IMG/VR virus record: IMGVR_UViG_3300021376_000037
Location: 12,998 to 76,997 of that record
Strand: one strand, 5' to 3'
DNA from: a virus
DNA: 64,000 nucleotides
Within the stretch, counting starts at the first letter, position 1; every line of letters begins with the position of its first letter. Of the stretch, positions 47,062 to 58,070 are shown piece after piece. The notes under the pieces were generated by a model, which had not been told where the DNA came from, did no database searches, and saw only the letters and a list, made by a program, of their open reading frames with translations. Made by a program: the position numbers and the translations under genes.

Positions 47062-50000
47062 ATGCCATTATTTGATTTTAATTTTGATTTTGTTTATTCG
47101 AATGATAATTTAAACATGACTATGAGTTATGGCGGCACGCAAAAAGGTGCCATATCTCCATATTCATTAGCAGAACACCGCTACTTTATAATGGAACCGC
47201 AAGATTTTGGAAATGTTTCTTTAGAAATGGCGGCAAAATATGATGGTTCAAAAATTAGTAAGTATTCTCCAACTATTATCAATTATTATCCGGAAAGACA
47301 GTCTAACTTTACTGGCAGTAGTATAACAATTAATAATAGTATTTATATTGGATATAGTTTTAAATGGAATATGTTTGGATTACCCGGCTCATTACCTCCT
47401 TATTATCATAAGTTTGCTTTTATTTCTGATTCTAGTTATAGTTTTATAAAATATAACTTTTTATTTAATAGTGGCGATTTTGATAATTGTAATATAAATA
47501 AAATTATAGTATATAATAATACTATTTATGCATTTGGAGATTTTAATAAAGCCTCTTCTAGCTCCAGCTCTTTACCTCCTAATTATACGGCTTTAAATTC
47601 AACGGCTACTAATGCTAGATACGCAGTAAAGAATAATATTAATGGAGGTTCATGGACGGAACTTAGCGGCGGCACTAATGCAGCCGTAAAAGATGCAGTG
47701 CTTATTAACAATGAAGACTTATATATAGTAGGCAATTTTACACAAACGGGTCCAAATATAAATAATGCACGTTATATTGCTAAATATAATATTTCTTCCT
47801 CTGCTTGGATAAATATGTCTGGTGGTTTGAGTGGTGTTACTAATTGTATAATTGCAGCAGGAAATGATCTATATGTTGGTGGCTTGTTTGTTACTGGCTC
47901 TAGCTCTTTAGGAGGTGAAATTACTCTTAATAATATAGCTAAATGGAACACCATTTCTAAAACTTGGTCTTCTTTAGGCAATGGTTTAAATAATGAAGTA
48001 AAATGTTTGTTTTATGATTCAGATACTACAAGATTGTATGCTGGTGGCAGTTTTACTACAGCCAGTTACGGTACAGCTAGTGTATTAGTAAATTATGTTG
48101 GCTATTATTATAATAATGAATGGTATGCATTAGACGAAAATAAGTTATTAAATAATGAAGTTTTGAGCATAACTAAATTTGATGAAGATATATATTTAGG
48201 TGGTAATTTTACAAATACAATAAATTCAGACTATAATATTCCTTATTTAGCAAAATATACTGACAATTATTTATATGCCGTTGGAAAATCGGTAAATAAT
48301 TCTGTTTATTCTTTCGCTACTGGCTCTAATAATCTTTATTTAGTTGGCGATTTTACTTCTACTTTTTTTGGTAAACAAACAATAACCACCAAAGATATTT
48401 ATATACCTTTTGAAGCTGCTAATTATGATTCTTATAGACTTGCTCCACGACCTCAATATGTATTTAATAATCATTTGCCAAGTTCAACTGGTTCTAGTAA
48501 TTTTGGTGGTATGAAAATATTTGATTTAAATCCTAATAATCCATTAATACCAACTAAAACTTATAAATCAGAACCAGAAGCAATATTTGTTTTAAACGAT
48601 GGTTATATTTATGAAACTGATAAATTATCAGGTAAAAAACCATTTTTTAATTCTTACGATGAATATTTTGAAGACTTAAAACCATTATCACAAAAATACT
48701 CAATTATTCCTGAATTTCGTATGGAAAATGTAATTGATTATTATCTTAAAGAAAAAAATGGCGATTTTACTGCCGGTTTAACATCTAGTTATCTAAGTTT
48801 AGATTCCAATGTTGATAATTTAGATGATATAAATTCCAACATAAATTTAACCAATCCTATTAAGACTTTTATTGAAGATGTAAATATACCATCTAGAGTT
48901 TCTAATTTGTCTATTACCGTTAACGGTTTAAAAAAATTATTACCTTATAATGGTTTCTATCCTCAACAAAGAGTAGCACAATTAGCTGATAAATTCATAA
49001 ATTCTTTTATAGATACGACTAGTAAGTATTTATCAAACGATGGAATAGAGTACGACACAAATTTATCAAACGGAACTCCTAGAGATCAACAAATACTTAC
49101 TTTATTACAGCCGTTATTTGCTCCCGGCATATTAATGAACAGTATCAAATCGTCTATTGCGGTTGATTGGCCTGCATTTATTGGTAACTATGGCGCTTAT
49201 AGCGGCTCAAAGCCTAATTTTTATGAAACTTATAATTTAACTTTAGCAGAAAATTCACCGTTCACGAATGGGTATAATACTTCTTATTGTTTATCTGCTG
49301 ACAAATTTGATTTTAGATTCCCATTCGAATCTTTATTAGAATTTGACAAAATAATACCATCACAATTTAAGACAGGAAGTAATAATTTATATTACTTAGA
49401 TCCCACGTACTATTCTACTGATGTAGTATCGGGCAGTGATAGACAGTATTTAAGGTATCCTTGCTATAACTTATCTACTGGATCATTAAAACCATTTAAT
49501 TTTATAAATAATACATATAAATTAAGTATGCATAATTTTTTAGCTGAAGTTCCCAATTTTTTCTTACAAAATGGATTAAATAATTTTATTTCTGAAAAAA
49601 TAGATACAGTTACCCCTTTATCTGGCGTGGCTTATATTTTAGATGTAAAACTATCAAGAAACCCTTCAGAATATAAAGAGTTTATTCAACATCCTTTATA
49701 TGAATCATTAAGAAATCTTTCTGATACTTTTATTTCTGGTACTTATTTACCTCCCGGTGCTGATTCTTTGTATGGACCACCTTGTAGATTTTTCCTAGAT
49801 TTTTCTGCTATTGCTTCTGTAGCTCCAATAAATGAAATGATAAAATATAGTTTAGCAAATTATGAACTTAAATACTTAGATTCTCCTGCTTATGCTCCAT
49901 ATGTTCCTCCTTATTATTATGGAGAATCTGTGGCAAGAATAGTATTCTTACCTGACGAAAATAGACCATATACTTTACAAGAAATTCAGGAAAACGCAAA

Positions 50001-51303
50001 AAAGTATACATATTTTTTCAATACCGGCTCAGACACATTGTTTGATTATAAAAACTCTCTTTTTGGTTCTGAAAATCCGTCATCTAAATATAATACACTA
50101 GCTTATAAAGAAAGGATGAATTTATCTGCAAGTGTTAATCTTTTTTCAGAAACAGAAATACAAGATGTATCAATTGATGTGTCAACCGGAATACCAAAAG
50201 AATCACTTAGCCCTAATAATAAAAAATATAGCTGGGTAATTCAAACTAAATTTGAAACTCCTTCTATTAACTTCGCTAAAGTAGGCAACTATAATAATTT
50301 AGGAATGAATTTTCTAGGTGGCACAAAATCAGATTATGTAGAAGGTATATATTCTAATTTATATAAAGGGCTTTGGACTTCTTACGGCAAACCTGTAACT
50401 GAAGATGAAGGAATAAAGTTATCTATTCTTCCTTTTGACTTTAATTTATATGTAAATGACGTTCCGACAGCTGCTCAAGCAGGAGCTACTGATGTGGCAC
50501 ATTTAACTGACTTAATAAACTTTGCAGATATAGCTGGCAATAATACAAGAACAATTGGTTTAATAGCAAATAAAAAAATAATTAAAGAAGGCGTTGTTGT
50601 TATACCATATATTATGACCGATCCTACTTACAATGAATCAGAATTTGCTTCATTAGCGCAGCCAATATTTGGAGAAAATGGTAATTACGTTAATTTATTT
50701 CCCTACAATACTCCTAGATATTTTAAAATAGATAAAAAAATAATATCTGATGCTTTAGGTTTAGGTAAGGCATTTGAAACTGCTACTTTTGAAGAAATCA
50801 AAAAGCAAGTTAATTCTAATAAGGTAAATCCAAACAACTCAATTATTAAAACGATAAAAGCAATGACAGAATTTGTCATTCCTCCACATTTAAATTGGGT
50901 AAAAAATACAAATCTAGAACCCTTTGTAATGTATATTTTTCCATTTTCTTCAGAACTAGATACTGACGATTTATCAGATATTTGGCAAGGAGTAATGCCA
51001 AAGCAGGCTCGTAGAGTTGAAAAAGAAAGTATAGAAATCAATCACGGATTAGAAGAAAATGAAATGTTTCATGGTAAGAAGCTTCCTCAAGATATAAAAT
51101 TCAAGATTTTTAAAGTTAAGCAACAGGCTAATATTAACTATTATAAATTAACTAACGACTCAAAAGACGATGCTAACTTTAAGTTTACTTTCAATAATCA
51201 AGAAAAAGTACCTGATTACTCTTTCAACTATCCATATGACTATTTTTCACTAGTAGAACTAGTTAATGTTGATGCTAAAATAACTATTTCTAAAATAGGA
51301 TAA
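47062..51303 (+). CDS. Large virion protein with an N-terminal beta-propeller
   Basis: SD GGAG; several LY(V/A)GG.F...IAK(W/Y)....W..L..G blade repeats at about 47500-48370. Confidence 0.75.
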   Translation: MPLFDFNFDFVYSNDNLNMTMSYGGTQKGAISPYSLAEHRYFIMEPQDFGNVSLEMAAKYDGSKISKYSPTIINYYPERQSNFTGSSITINNSIYIGYSFKWNMFGLPGSLPPYYHKFAFISDSSYSFIKYNFLFNSGDFDNCNINKIIVYNNTIYAFGDFNKASSSSSSLPPNYTALNSTATNARYAVKNNINGGSWTELSGGTNAAVKDAVLINNEDLYIVGNFTQTGPNINNARYIAKYNISSSAWINMSGGLSGVTNCIIAAGNDLYVGGLFVTGSSSLGGEITLNNIAKWNTISKTWSSLGNGLNNEVKCLFYDSDTTRLYAGGSFTTASYGTASVLVNYVGYYYNNEWYALDENKLLNNEVLSITKFDEDIYLGGNFTNTINSDYNIPYLAKYTDNYLYAVGKSVNNSVYSFATGSNNLYLVGDFTSTFFGKQTITTKDIYIPFEAANYDSYRLAPRPQYVFNNHLPSSTGSSNFGGMKIFDLNPNNPLIPTKTYKSEPEAIFVLNDGYIYETDKLSGKKPFFNSYDEYFEDLKPLSQKYSIIPEFRMENVIDYYLKEKNGDFTAGLTSSYLSLDSNVDNLDDINSNINLTNPIKTFIEDVNIPSRVSNLSITVNGLKKLLPYNGFYPQQRVAQLADKFINSFIDTTSKYLSNDGIEYDTNLSNGTPRDQQILTLLQPLFAPGILMNSIKSSIAVDWPAFIGNYGAYSGSKPNFYETYNLTLAENSPFTNGYNTSYCLSADKFDFRFPFESLLEFDKIIPSQFKTGSNNLYYLDPTYYSTDVVSGSDRQYLRYPCYNLSTGSLKPFNFINNTYKLSMHNFLAEVPNFFLQNGLNNFISEKIDTVTPLSGVAYILDVKLSRNPSEYKEFIQHPLYESLRNLSDTFISGTYLPPGADSLYGPPCRFFLDFSAIASVAPINEMIKYSLANYELKYLDSPAYAPYVPPYYYGESVARIVFLPDENRPYTLQEIQENAKKYTYFFNTGSDTLFDYKNSLFGSENPSSKYNTLAYKERMNLSASVNLFSETEIQDVSIDVSTGIPKESLSPNNKKYSWVIQTKFETPSINFAKVGNYNNLGMNFLGGTKSDYVEGIYSNLYKGLWTSYGKPVTEDEGIKLSILPFDFNLYVNDVPTAAQAGATDVAHLTDLINFADIAGNNTRTIGLIANKKIIKEGVVVIPYIMTDPTYNESEFASLAQPIFGENGNYVNLFPYNTPRYFKIDKKIISDALGLGKAFETATFEEIKKQVNSNKVNPNNSIIKTIKAMTEFVIPPHLNWVKNTNLEPFVMYIFPFSSELDTDDLSDIWQGVMPKQARRVEKESIEINHGLEENEMFHGKKLPQDIKFKIFKVKQQANINYYKLTNDSKDDANFKFTFNNQEKVPDYSFNYPYDYFSLVELVNVDAKITISKIG

Positions 51304-51306
51304 TAA

Positions 51307-52278
51307 ATGTCTTTTTTTGATAGTAAAGAAGAGGTTATAAAATTAGAGTTAACTACTCACGGTAAATATTTACTCTCTAAAGGTAAATTTAAACCTGTTT
51401 ATTACTCTTTTCACGATGAAGACATTTTGTATGATGCTGAATATGCTGATTTATTAGAAACGCAAAATAGCACTCAGACTAGAATATTGGAAGAAACGCC
51501 GTTTTTAAAACCACAAACAACTTATACTAGTGTTGAAAATAGCGTAAACAAAAATAAATCTTTATTGCTCTATAGCTTTTCTAATCTTTTAAAGCAACAA
51601 GAAGAACAGCTACAAAATGATAGAGATTATGCATTATACTTATCTTTAGCAAATTCTGCTTATAACAACGTATACGCCCCGGCGTGGAATGTCAATATAA
51701 TTTCAGGTACAATATCCACTTGTGAACAGTATATAGATAATTTAGACGGTTCTAAAAACTCTCTTTCACCATATTCTAAAATTCCACAAATTAATTTGTC
51801 AGAAAGTGTATATAGGTACAAAATATTAATTAATGCCCCAGATGATAAACTAGCTTCTGAATTAAAAGATGACATGTTGGTTTCTTATGTGTCCGGTTCA
51901 TCATATATATTAGAAAATAAAATACAAAATGAATATGTAATAAGTATTAAAGAGGAAAATGTTAATAACATAAAAGATAATTTTGATATGGAAATATTTG
52001 TTGAAGAAGATAAATATTCTTACATTAATGATGTTGTTGTTACATCATCTTATTGGAAAAAATTAAACTTTAAAAAACAAACAGAACAAATAAAAAATAA
52101 CATTCTTTTAGATAAACCTTTAATTTTTGACACACAAGAAGATTCTACTATTGTAGAATATTTTTTAGATATAACTGTGGATGAAGAGTTATTTGATGGT
52201 CCTACTGATGTGGCTTCAATCGGGACTTACACATCTAACATCACCAATGATGATGGTCCATTTGGAGAAGACTGCTAA
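51307..52278 (+). CDS. Virion protein, paralog of 57117-58058
   Basis: M.F.D....I...LT..G...L.KG.....Y.F.D..I.Y...LE.TP.L shared with 57117. Confidence 0.65.
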   Translation: MSFFDSKEEVIKLELTTHGKYLLSKGKFKPVYYSFHDEDILYDAEYADLLETQNSTQTRILEETPFLKPQTTYTSVENSVNKNKSLLLYSFSNLLKQQEEQLQNDRDYALYLSLANSAYNNVYAPAWNVNIISGTISTCEQYIDNLDGSKNSLSPYSKIPQINLSESVYRYKILINAPDDKLASELKDDMLVSYVSGSSYILENKIQNEYVISIKEENVNNIKDNFDMEIFVEEDKYSYINDVVVTSSYWKKLNFKKQTEQIKNNILLDKPLIFDTQEDSTIVEYFLDITVDEELFDGPTDVASIGTYTSNITNDDGPFGEDC

Positions 52279-55094
52279 TGTTTATTAAATTTAGCGATGA
52301 ATTTATCAATGAAATAAGAAATAACTGTTTTCCTGTTCTACAGGAAACACAATTTAATAAACTTTCTTTACAGACAAAAGGACAAAATACTGATTTATCT
52401 TTTCAACTAACTATAGATGACGGTAGAGACATAATCAAAACAGATAAATTTAAAAATATAAAATGTATTATTTTTTATCCTTTATATATAAATAATAATA
52501 TAACTATAGATCAAGTATTTCAGACATCTGATATAAGTAAAATAGTTAATTTTATAAAAGCCTACTGTCCTATTTATCATGATTTTTCTATCTCTTCTGA
52601 GTATTCTTCCATCTCAGAAGCAAAATATATTTATGATATAGTTTTTCCTTTTTCTAACACATACAGCAAAACATTAGACGAAAATTTTAAAAATGACTTA
52701 TCACAAGTAAATTATTTATTTTATTATGATAAATTAGAAAATGTCTCTGAGCAGCAAGAAGTAGATCTTAGAACTATGTTTACCGACATGGTTTCTTATG
52801 CTTTTAATAAAGATAATTGTTTAGATAAACGAGTTATAAATAATATCTTTAAAAGTTCCTTATTTACACAGCAAATTCTTAATGTTGTTCAATCGGCTGA
52901 TAAAATTAACATATTACCAGAAAAAATCAATAGTTCACCAGTAAAACCATATTTTTCTAATTTATTTCTTAGTAGAAATACAAATGATAATTTTGCATTT
53001 GTATTTAATTTAGACGAAAGATCGTTTTTTATTGAAAATAGTACGCCTATTTTTAAAAACATAATCGGTTCTAATGCTAGTGACGCATACACAGTTTTAA
53101 AGGATAAAAATAAATTAAAAAGTGTTTCTATATATAAAAGAAAAATTGATAGGACACAATATAATAAACCAAAAGAAAAACAAATTATTCCTTTATACGA
53201 TACGAATGAGTTATTAGTAAATGCTACGCTAAATAATAATTTGTTTGAAGGCAAAAACGAAAATTGTGAAATATACGAAAGACAATTAAATTTTTCATTA
53301 GGCGATATTCGATCTTTTGAATGCGTTGACAAGACATATAGTAAAACTTTTAGAGGACAGTATCAATACGGAGTTGAAATAACGGTTGAAAATAAATATA
53401 TACAAGAATTAAAAAATCAAATCTCTGCGGTTAATAATTCACTTAATGATGTTAATAAATATTATCAGTATACTTCTTTTAATAGATTAAAACTTGATAC
53501 TTTTTATTATGATATAAATTTAAAGTCTTTTACTGGTTTATTTTTCAATTCTCAAGTATATAATAATTTAAAACCTTTGCTTTTTACAAATATAGATTTA
53601 TTTTTATCTTTAATGAAGGTTTTTGGTATTTATCAAAAAATACTTTCAATTTATCCCGATATACAATTACAAAACTTATTTGAAACCATGTTGTATGCGG
53701 AAACTGCCAGTGCAGAAAGTATATCGGAATATACTACACTAGTGCAACAGGTGTTGTCTTATACCAATAAGTTAATAAATAGTAATAAAAATGATACATA
53801 TTCTTATACTTATTGGTTTGATAATGTTGTAGCTGACAGTGAGTTGCCTAAAAAAACAGGATATATTTTCTTAGATAGTATTAATTTTACTGATACGTTT
53901 TTTAATATAAAAGCTACTAATTTTTCTCAACAAATATCAATAGATGCTCAAAAATTTATTGGTTCTGCCAACACACTACCATCCGATATAGAAAATGAAA
54001 AATATAGCTTTATTTCACCAACTGGAATATTGTTTAATAAACAAAATATAGAACTAAAAGATGCTAATAAATACAATATAAAGCTTTATAATAATTTAGA
54101 GATTAATATTCAAAACTTTATTTTATCAACAACTGATAAATTAGATATAAATATAAAAAGTTTTTTTCCTGTAAATACCGTAACAAATGAAAAAGGAAAA
54201 GAAGTTAATCCATTAAATATTAGTGGATTTTCTGTATCTAATCTATATTCTAAATTATCTAATTCTTCAATATTAAAAAAAGAAAAAATTAATTCTAAAA
54301 TAGATAATTTGTTATTAATGTTGAACCGAGCTTATAAAGTTAATGATCTCCAAGCTGACACACTAGATATAAATTCTGTTTTATTAGACAATACAACACC
54401 TTATCAAATAAGAGATCTTTTAAATAGCAAGGCGTCAAATGTATTACCTTCTGGATATGAAAAAGACGTTAATTTACTATCTAAATTTTACTTTTTCTAT
54501 AATACAATTCACAAGATTGAATTCCTAAATTATAGTGCAGCCGGTTTGAAACAAGAAAACTGGATTACCTTAACAAAAGAAAATTTTGATCAATTTGCAT
54601 CTTTAAAAAGATATCTATGTAGATTGAATGTTTATCAAAGTGATAAAGCGGGTGTTAATCATTTTCATAAAATAAAGTTACCAATTTATAATGAATATTT
54701 TTTCATAGAAAATGTATTTAATATTTCTAATTTAGTAAATGTTGTTAATAACTTTTCTCCTTCTTTTGGCAGTAGAAAAGAATTAAAAATGAAAAAAATA
54801 ATAGATCCTAAATGGTGGCCCTATATTCCTGATAGAGATTACCATCCTTCTACTAACTCTTTACAAGCGATACCGGCAAATTTTGTTATTAGAAAAGGGC
54901 AAGTTATTTCTAAAGACAAATTAACTGCAAAACAGGCTTTTGATTTATCCAATATCAATTATAGCGGATATGAATCATATGATACCGACCTAAGTATCCA
55001 ACCTCCACAATGTAGTATCGATAAGGTATATATTCGTGGAAATTGTTATTCCGTTGAAGATGATTCGCCTCTTTATATAACAGTTTACAGATAA
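52278..55094 (+). CDS. Hypothetical virion protein (938 aa)
   Basis: TAATG-coupled long ORF. Confidence 0.75.
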   Translation: MFIKFSDEFINEIRNNCFPVLQETQFNKLSLQTKGQNTDLSFQLTIDDGRDIIKTDKFKNIKCIIFYPLYINNNITIDQVFQTSDISKIVNFIKAYCPIYHDFSISSEYSSISEAKYIYDIVFPFSNTYSKTLDENFKNDLSQVNYLFYYDKLENVSEQQEVDLRTMFTDMVSYAFNKDNCLDKRVINNIFKSSLFTQQILNVVQSADKINILPEKINSSPVKPYFSNLFLSRNTNDNFAFVFNLDERSFFIENSTPIFKNIIGSNASDAYTVLKDKNKLKSVSIYKRKIDRTQYNKPKEKQIIPLYDTNELLVNATLNNNLFEGKNENCEIYERQLNFSLGDIRSFECVDKTYSKTFRGQYQYGVEITVENKYIQELKNQISAVNNSLNDVNKYYQYTSFNRLKLDTFYYDINLKSFTGLFFNSQVYNNLKPLLFTNIDLFLSLMKVFGIYQKILSIYPDIQLQNLFETMLYAETASAESISEYTTLVQQVLSYTNKLINSNKNDTYSYTYWFDNVVADSELPKKTGYIFLDSINFTDTFFNIKATNFSQQISIDAQKFIGSANTLPSDIENEKYSFISPTGILFNKQNIELKDANKYNIKLYNNLEINIQNFILSTTDKLDINIKSFFPVNTVTNEKGKEVNPLNISGFSVSNLYSKLSNSSILKKEKINSKIDNLLLMLNRAYKVNDLQADTLDINSVLLDNTTPYQIRDLLNSKASNVLPSGYEKDVNLLSKFYFFYNTIHKIEFLNYSAAGLKQENWITLTKENFDQFASLKRYLCRLNVYQSDKAGVNHFHKIKLPIYNEYFFIENVFNISNLVNVVNNFSPSFGSRKELKMKKIIDPKWWPYIPDRDYHPSTNSLQAIPANFVIRKGQVISKDKLTAKQAFDLSNINYSGYESYDTDLSIQPPQCSIDKVYIRGNCYSVEDDSPLYITVYR

Positions 55095-55111
55095 TAAGGT
55101 AAAATATAATT

Positions 55112-57031
55112 ATGTATAAAATAGGAAAACAATCAACATTTTTAGGTCAAACTAAAACATCTTATGAAAGCTTTGCATCTCATTATGAAGAATTAGTAGA
55201 GATACCTGTTTCTAAAAGTTTGAATATTTTTCCTTACGAAGACGCTAGTATTTTAAAGTTTAAAGCATTATTAGAATATAATTTTTTAGATAAGCAATAT
55301 GAAGAATATATATCCACTAAAGAACTTCCCGAATTACAGATTCCTAATTTTTATAAGTTTGTAAATGATAGAGTTCAAACTTATGCAGACACTAACAATT
55401 TCAACTCTTTAGGAACTAGTTTTTTATCTGATCCGTCGTTATTAGAGCAAATTATATTTGACAATACAGATCCTAATATTGACCCTGTACCGATTACTAG
55501 TAGCAAAATAAGCTTCTTAGATAGCGAGTATATGTATTATCAAGGAAATTTAAAACAAAATATAAAATTAGATAAATATTTAAATAATTTTAATCCATTT
55601 AAAGAACAGTTTCCATTTTATACTGATATTTATTTCGATACACATCATAAACTAAATAATAATATATCTGATGTTTTTTTTAAAAACAGTTTAACAGTTG
55701 ATTTATTTAATCTTTTAGAGAAAAAAACGTTTACAGAATTAGAAAAAAATAAATATTTTGTTTTAGATAGCAGTTTTATTACTGAATTATTAAACAATAA
55801 TAATAATTTAAATTTCCTATTTGATTTGAACAATAGTTTAAAAAACAAAAAACAAAAATATAGTGAAGTAATTGGTTATAGATTACAAAAATTTGTTGGT
55901 TCAGGCGGAAATTTTTCAGCGCCTATACAAGAATGGGTTATTCCTAATTGCGTTGAAGACAAAATTAATTTAGTAGACACGCAAATTCATTATGATAAAG
56001 AATATACATATAAATTAAATTATTACTTATTAATGGTTGATAAAATAGGGCAAAACAATGATTTATCTATTATTATTTATTTAATAGAAGACGAAAACAT
56101 TACTCCTATATATACGAATAGATTAAGAGATTATCCACCATTAGAGCCTGAAGTCCAATTTGTACCTTATATTGGAGTAGACAAAAAAATAAAAATTTTA
56201 TGTAATACTTCAACAGGTTTAAAAAAGTTGTTACCAATTAATTTCTTCACAGAAGATTTAAAAATAACTGAATTAAATGTAAAAGCTCAAAATCAATCAA
56301 TTTATAATCCTCCCGTTTTAACATATCAAACAGACGAACCTGCCGTAGCATTTCAAATATTTAGGTTAGACTCTAAACCAAATTCTTATGCTGATTTTAC
56401 TAAAGGAAAAATCTTTTCTATAGTTACCAACAATGCATCTGGTGCGGGTATAGATGATGACTTATTGCCAAACATAAAATACTATTATACTATTAGATGT
56501 ATTGATTATCACGGTAATATTTCTAATCCTACTGAAATTTATGAAATAGAGATAGTTAATGATAAAGGTACAATATATCCTTTAATAAATATCTTTAGCT
56601 TAAACCAGCAACAAAACAACACACAACCTATCAAATCATTTAAACAATATATTAAGATAAAGCCAAGTACGCAAAATTTAATTGCTTTTTTGACAGAAAA
56701 TGGCAGTTTATCAACTGGAATAGCTGCTGAAAAAACATGGAATAAGAATTTTAAAATTAGATTAATATCTAAATCGTCTGGTAAAAAAATAGATTTAAAT
56801 CTAAATTTTAAAACTGAAGAAGATAAAATCAATTTTAATACGAATAACATGCCCATCTCTCCCGACACACAGCAAAATACTGAAGAAAGTTTGCCAACGC
56901 AGCCAGTATGTAAAGATAATAATGGTAATATATGGAGAAATGTTGGCGGTAAATGGTATGTAACTTCTGTTGATGGTAAAACCTCTGTGTTAGGGGGCAG
57001 AGTAGTATTACCTAATTTAACGTGCAAATAA
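55112..57031 (+). CDS. Hypothetical virion protein with FN3-like segments
   Basis: D.L.PN.KYYY.IR.ID.HGN.SNP and D..I.YDKEYTY patterns. Confidence 0.6.
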   Translation: MYKIGKQSTFLGQTKTSYESFASHYEELVEIPVSKSLNIFPYEDASILKFKALLEYNFLDKQYEEYISTKELPELQIPNFYKFVNDRVQTYADTNNFNSLGTSFLSDPSLLEQIIFDNTDPNIDPVPITSSKISFLDSEYMYYQGNLKQNIKLDKYLNNFNPFKEQFPFYTDIYFDTHHKLNNNISDVFFKNSLTVDLFNLLEKKTFTELEKNKYFVLDSSFITELLNNNNNLNFLFDLNNSLKNKKQKYSEVIGYRLQKFVGSGGNFSAPIQEWVIPNCVEDKINLVDTQIHYDKEYTYKLNYYLLMVDKIGQNNDLSIIIYLIEDENITPIYTNRLRDYPPLEPEVQFVPYIGVDKKIKILCNTSTGLKKLLPINFFTEDLKITELNVKAQNQSIYNPPVLTYQTDEPAVAFQIFRLDSKPNSYADFTKGKIFSIVTNNASGAGIDDDLLPNIKYYYTIRCIDYHGNISNPTEIYEIEIVNDKGTIYPLINIFSLNQQQNNTQPIKSFKQYIKIKPSTQNLIAFLTENGSLSTGIAAEKTWNKNFKIRLISKSSGKKIDLNLNFKTEEDKINFNTNNMPISPDTQQNTEESLPTQPVCKDNNGNIWRNVGGKWYVTSVDGKTSVLGGRVVLPNLTCK

Positions 57032-57116
57032 CTATTTCTTGTACAAATTAAAGATTATAAGAGATAATTATTTAATTGATACTACTTATAAAAAATAGGC
57101 ATAAAAGGGAAAAAAC

Positions 57117-58058
57117 ATGGCATTTTTAGATAATAGTGGTGATATCATATTAGACGCTGTTTTGACCGATACCGGTCGTATGCGTTTAGCGAAAGGTGAT
57201 GGCTCTTTTAGAATAGTGAAATTTGCTTTAGCAGATGATGAAATAGATTATTCTTTATATAACGGTTCACACCCAAGCGGTTCTGCCTATTTTGATCTAG
57301 AAGTTTTACAGACTCCTGTTTTAGAAGCATTTTCTAATAATATTGCTAGTATGAAAAGTAAATTACTTTCTATTAGTAGAAATAACTTGCTTTATTTACC
57401 TATATTGTTACCTAATAATATAGATGGAAGTACACGATATTCTGAAGCCACTTCTTTAGTAAATAATGGATATGTTTTTATTCCTGACACTACAACTAGT
57501 GACTTTATTTTACAAACAGCTACTTTTAATGGTCAAGATGTCGGTAATCAAGGTCTTATACGTGGCAGCGGTAATCCTACAACATATCATATTAGAATAG
57601 ATCAAGGCATAAATAGCACTAATGCCGGTTTGTCTCTCGACGCAGATTTAAAAGAATCACAATATATGGTTGAAATGGACAACAGATTTATGTCTATCAA
57701 AGATATGACTCCTTCTTATATTGATGACGATAATATTGCTTCATATTACTTTGATAGTTCAATGAATGATTTAGTAGAAGATATTGCTTCGCCACCTACT
57801 GGTTTTACAAAAAATGCAGATGACGTTTTAGTTGGCCCTAAAGGCTCTAAATTACTATTAACTTTAAAATCACAAAATGAAATCATTCAAAGTAATTATT
57901 TATTTGAACAGTTAGGAAGTTCTGTGGTTGGAACATGGGCGGGTACTAGTGGAACGGCTAATAATGTTAAATCTATATTGACAAACATCAGCGTAACCGG
58001 TATTACAACAGGTGCTTCCGTAGAAATACCTATATTAATACTTAAAAAATTAGCATAA
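57117..58058 (+). CDS. Tail/baseplate protein (tail-collar-fibre N-terminus-like)
   Basis: LDAVLTDTGR.RLA.G...IVKFALADDEIDY; ACTACTTA upstream at 57081. Confidence 0.6.
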   Translation: MAFLDNSGDIILDAVLTDTGRMRLAKGDGSFRIVKFALADDEIDYSLYNGSHPSGSAYFDLEVLQTPVLEAFSNNIASMKSKLLSISRNNLLYLPILLPNNIDGSTRYSEATSLVNNGYVFIPDTTTSDFILQTATFNGQDVGNQGLIRGSGNPTTYHIRIDQGINSTNAGLSLDADLKESQYMVEMDNRFMSIKDMTPSYIDDDNIASYYFDSSMNDLVEDIASPPTGFTKNADDVLVGPKGSKLLLTLKSQNEIIQSNYLFEQLGSSVVGTWAGTSGTANNVKSILTNISVTGITTGASVEIPILILKKLA

Positions 58059-58070
58059 AGGAAGAAATAA

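Noticed and set aside
47000-47064. Frameshift joining the 2705-aa and 1413-aa ORFs
   Set aside because: The downstream frame has TGA at 47035-47037, and its ATG has a properly spaced GGAG SD, so it reads as a separate gene.
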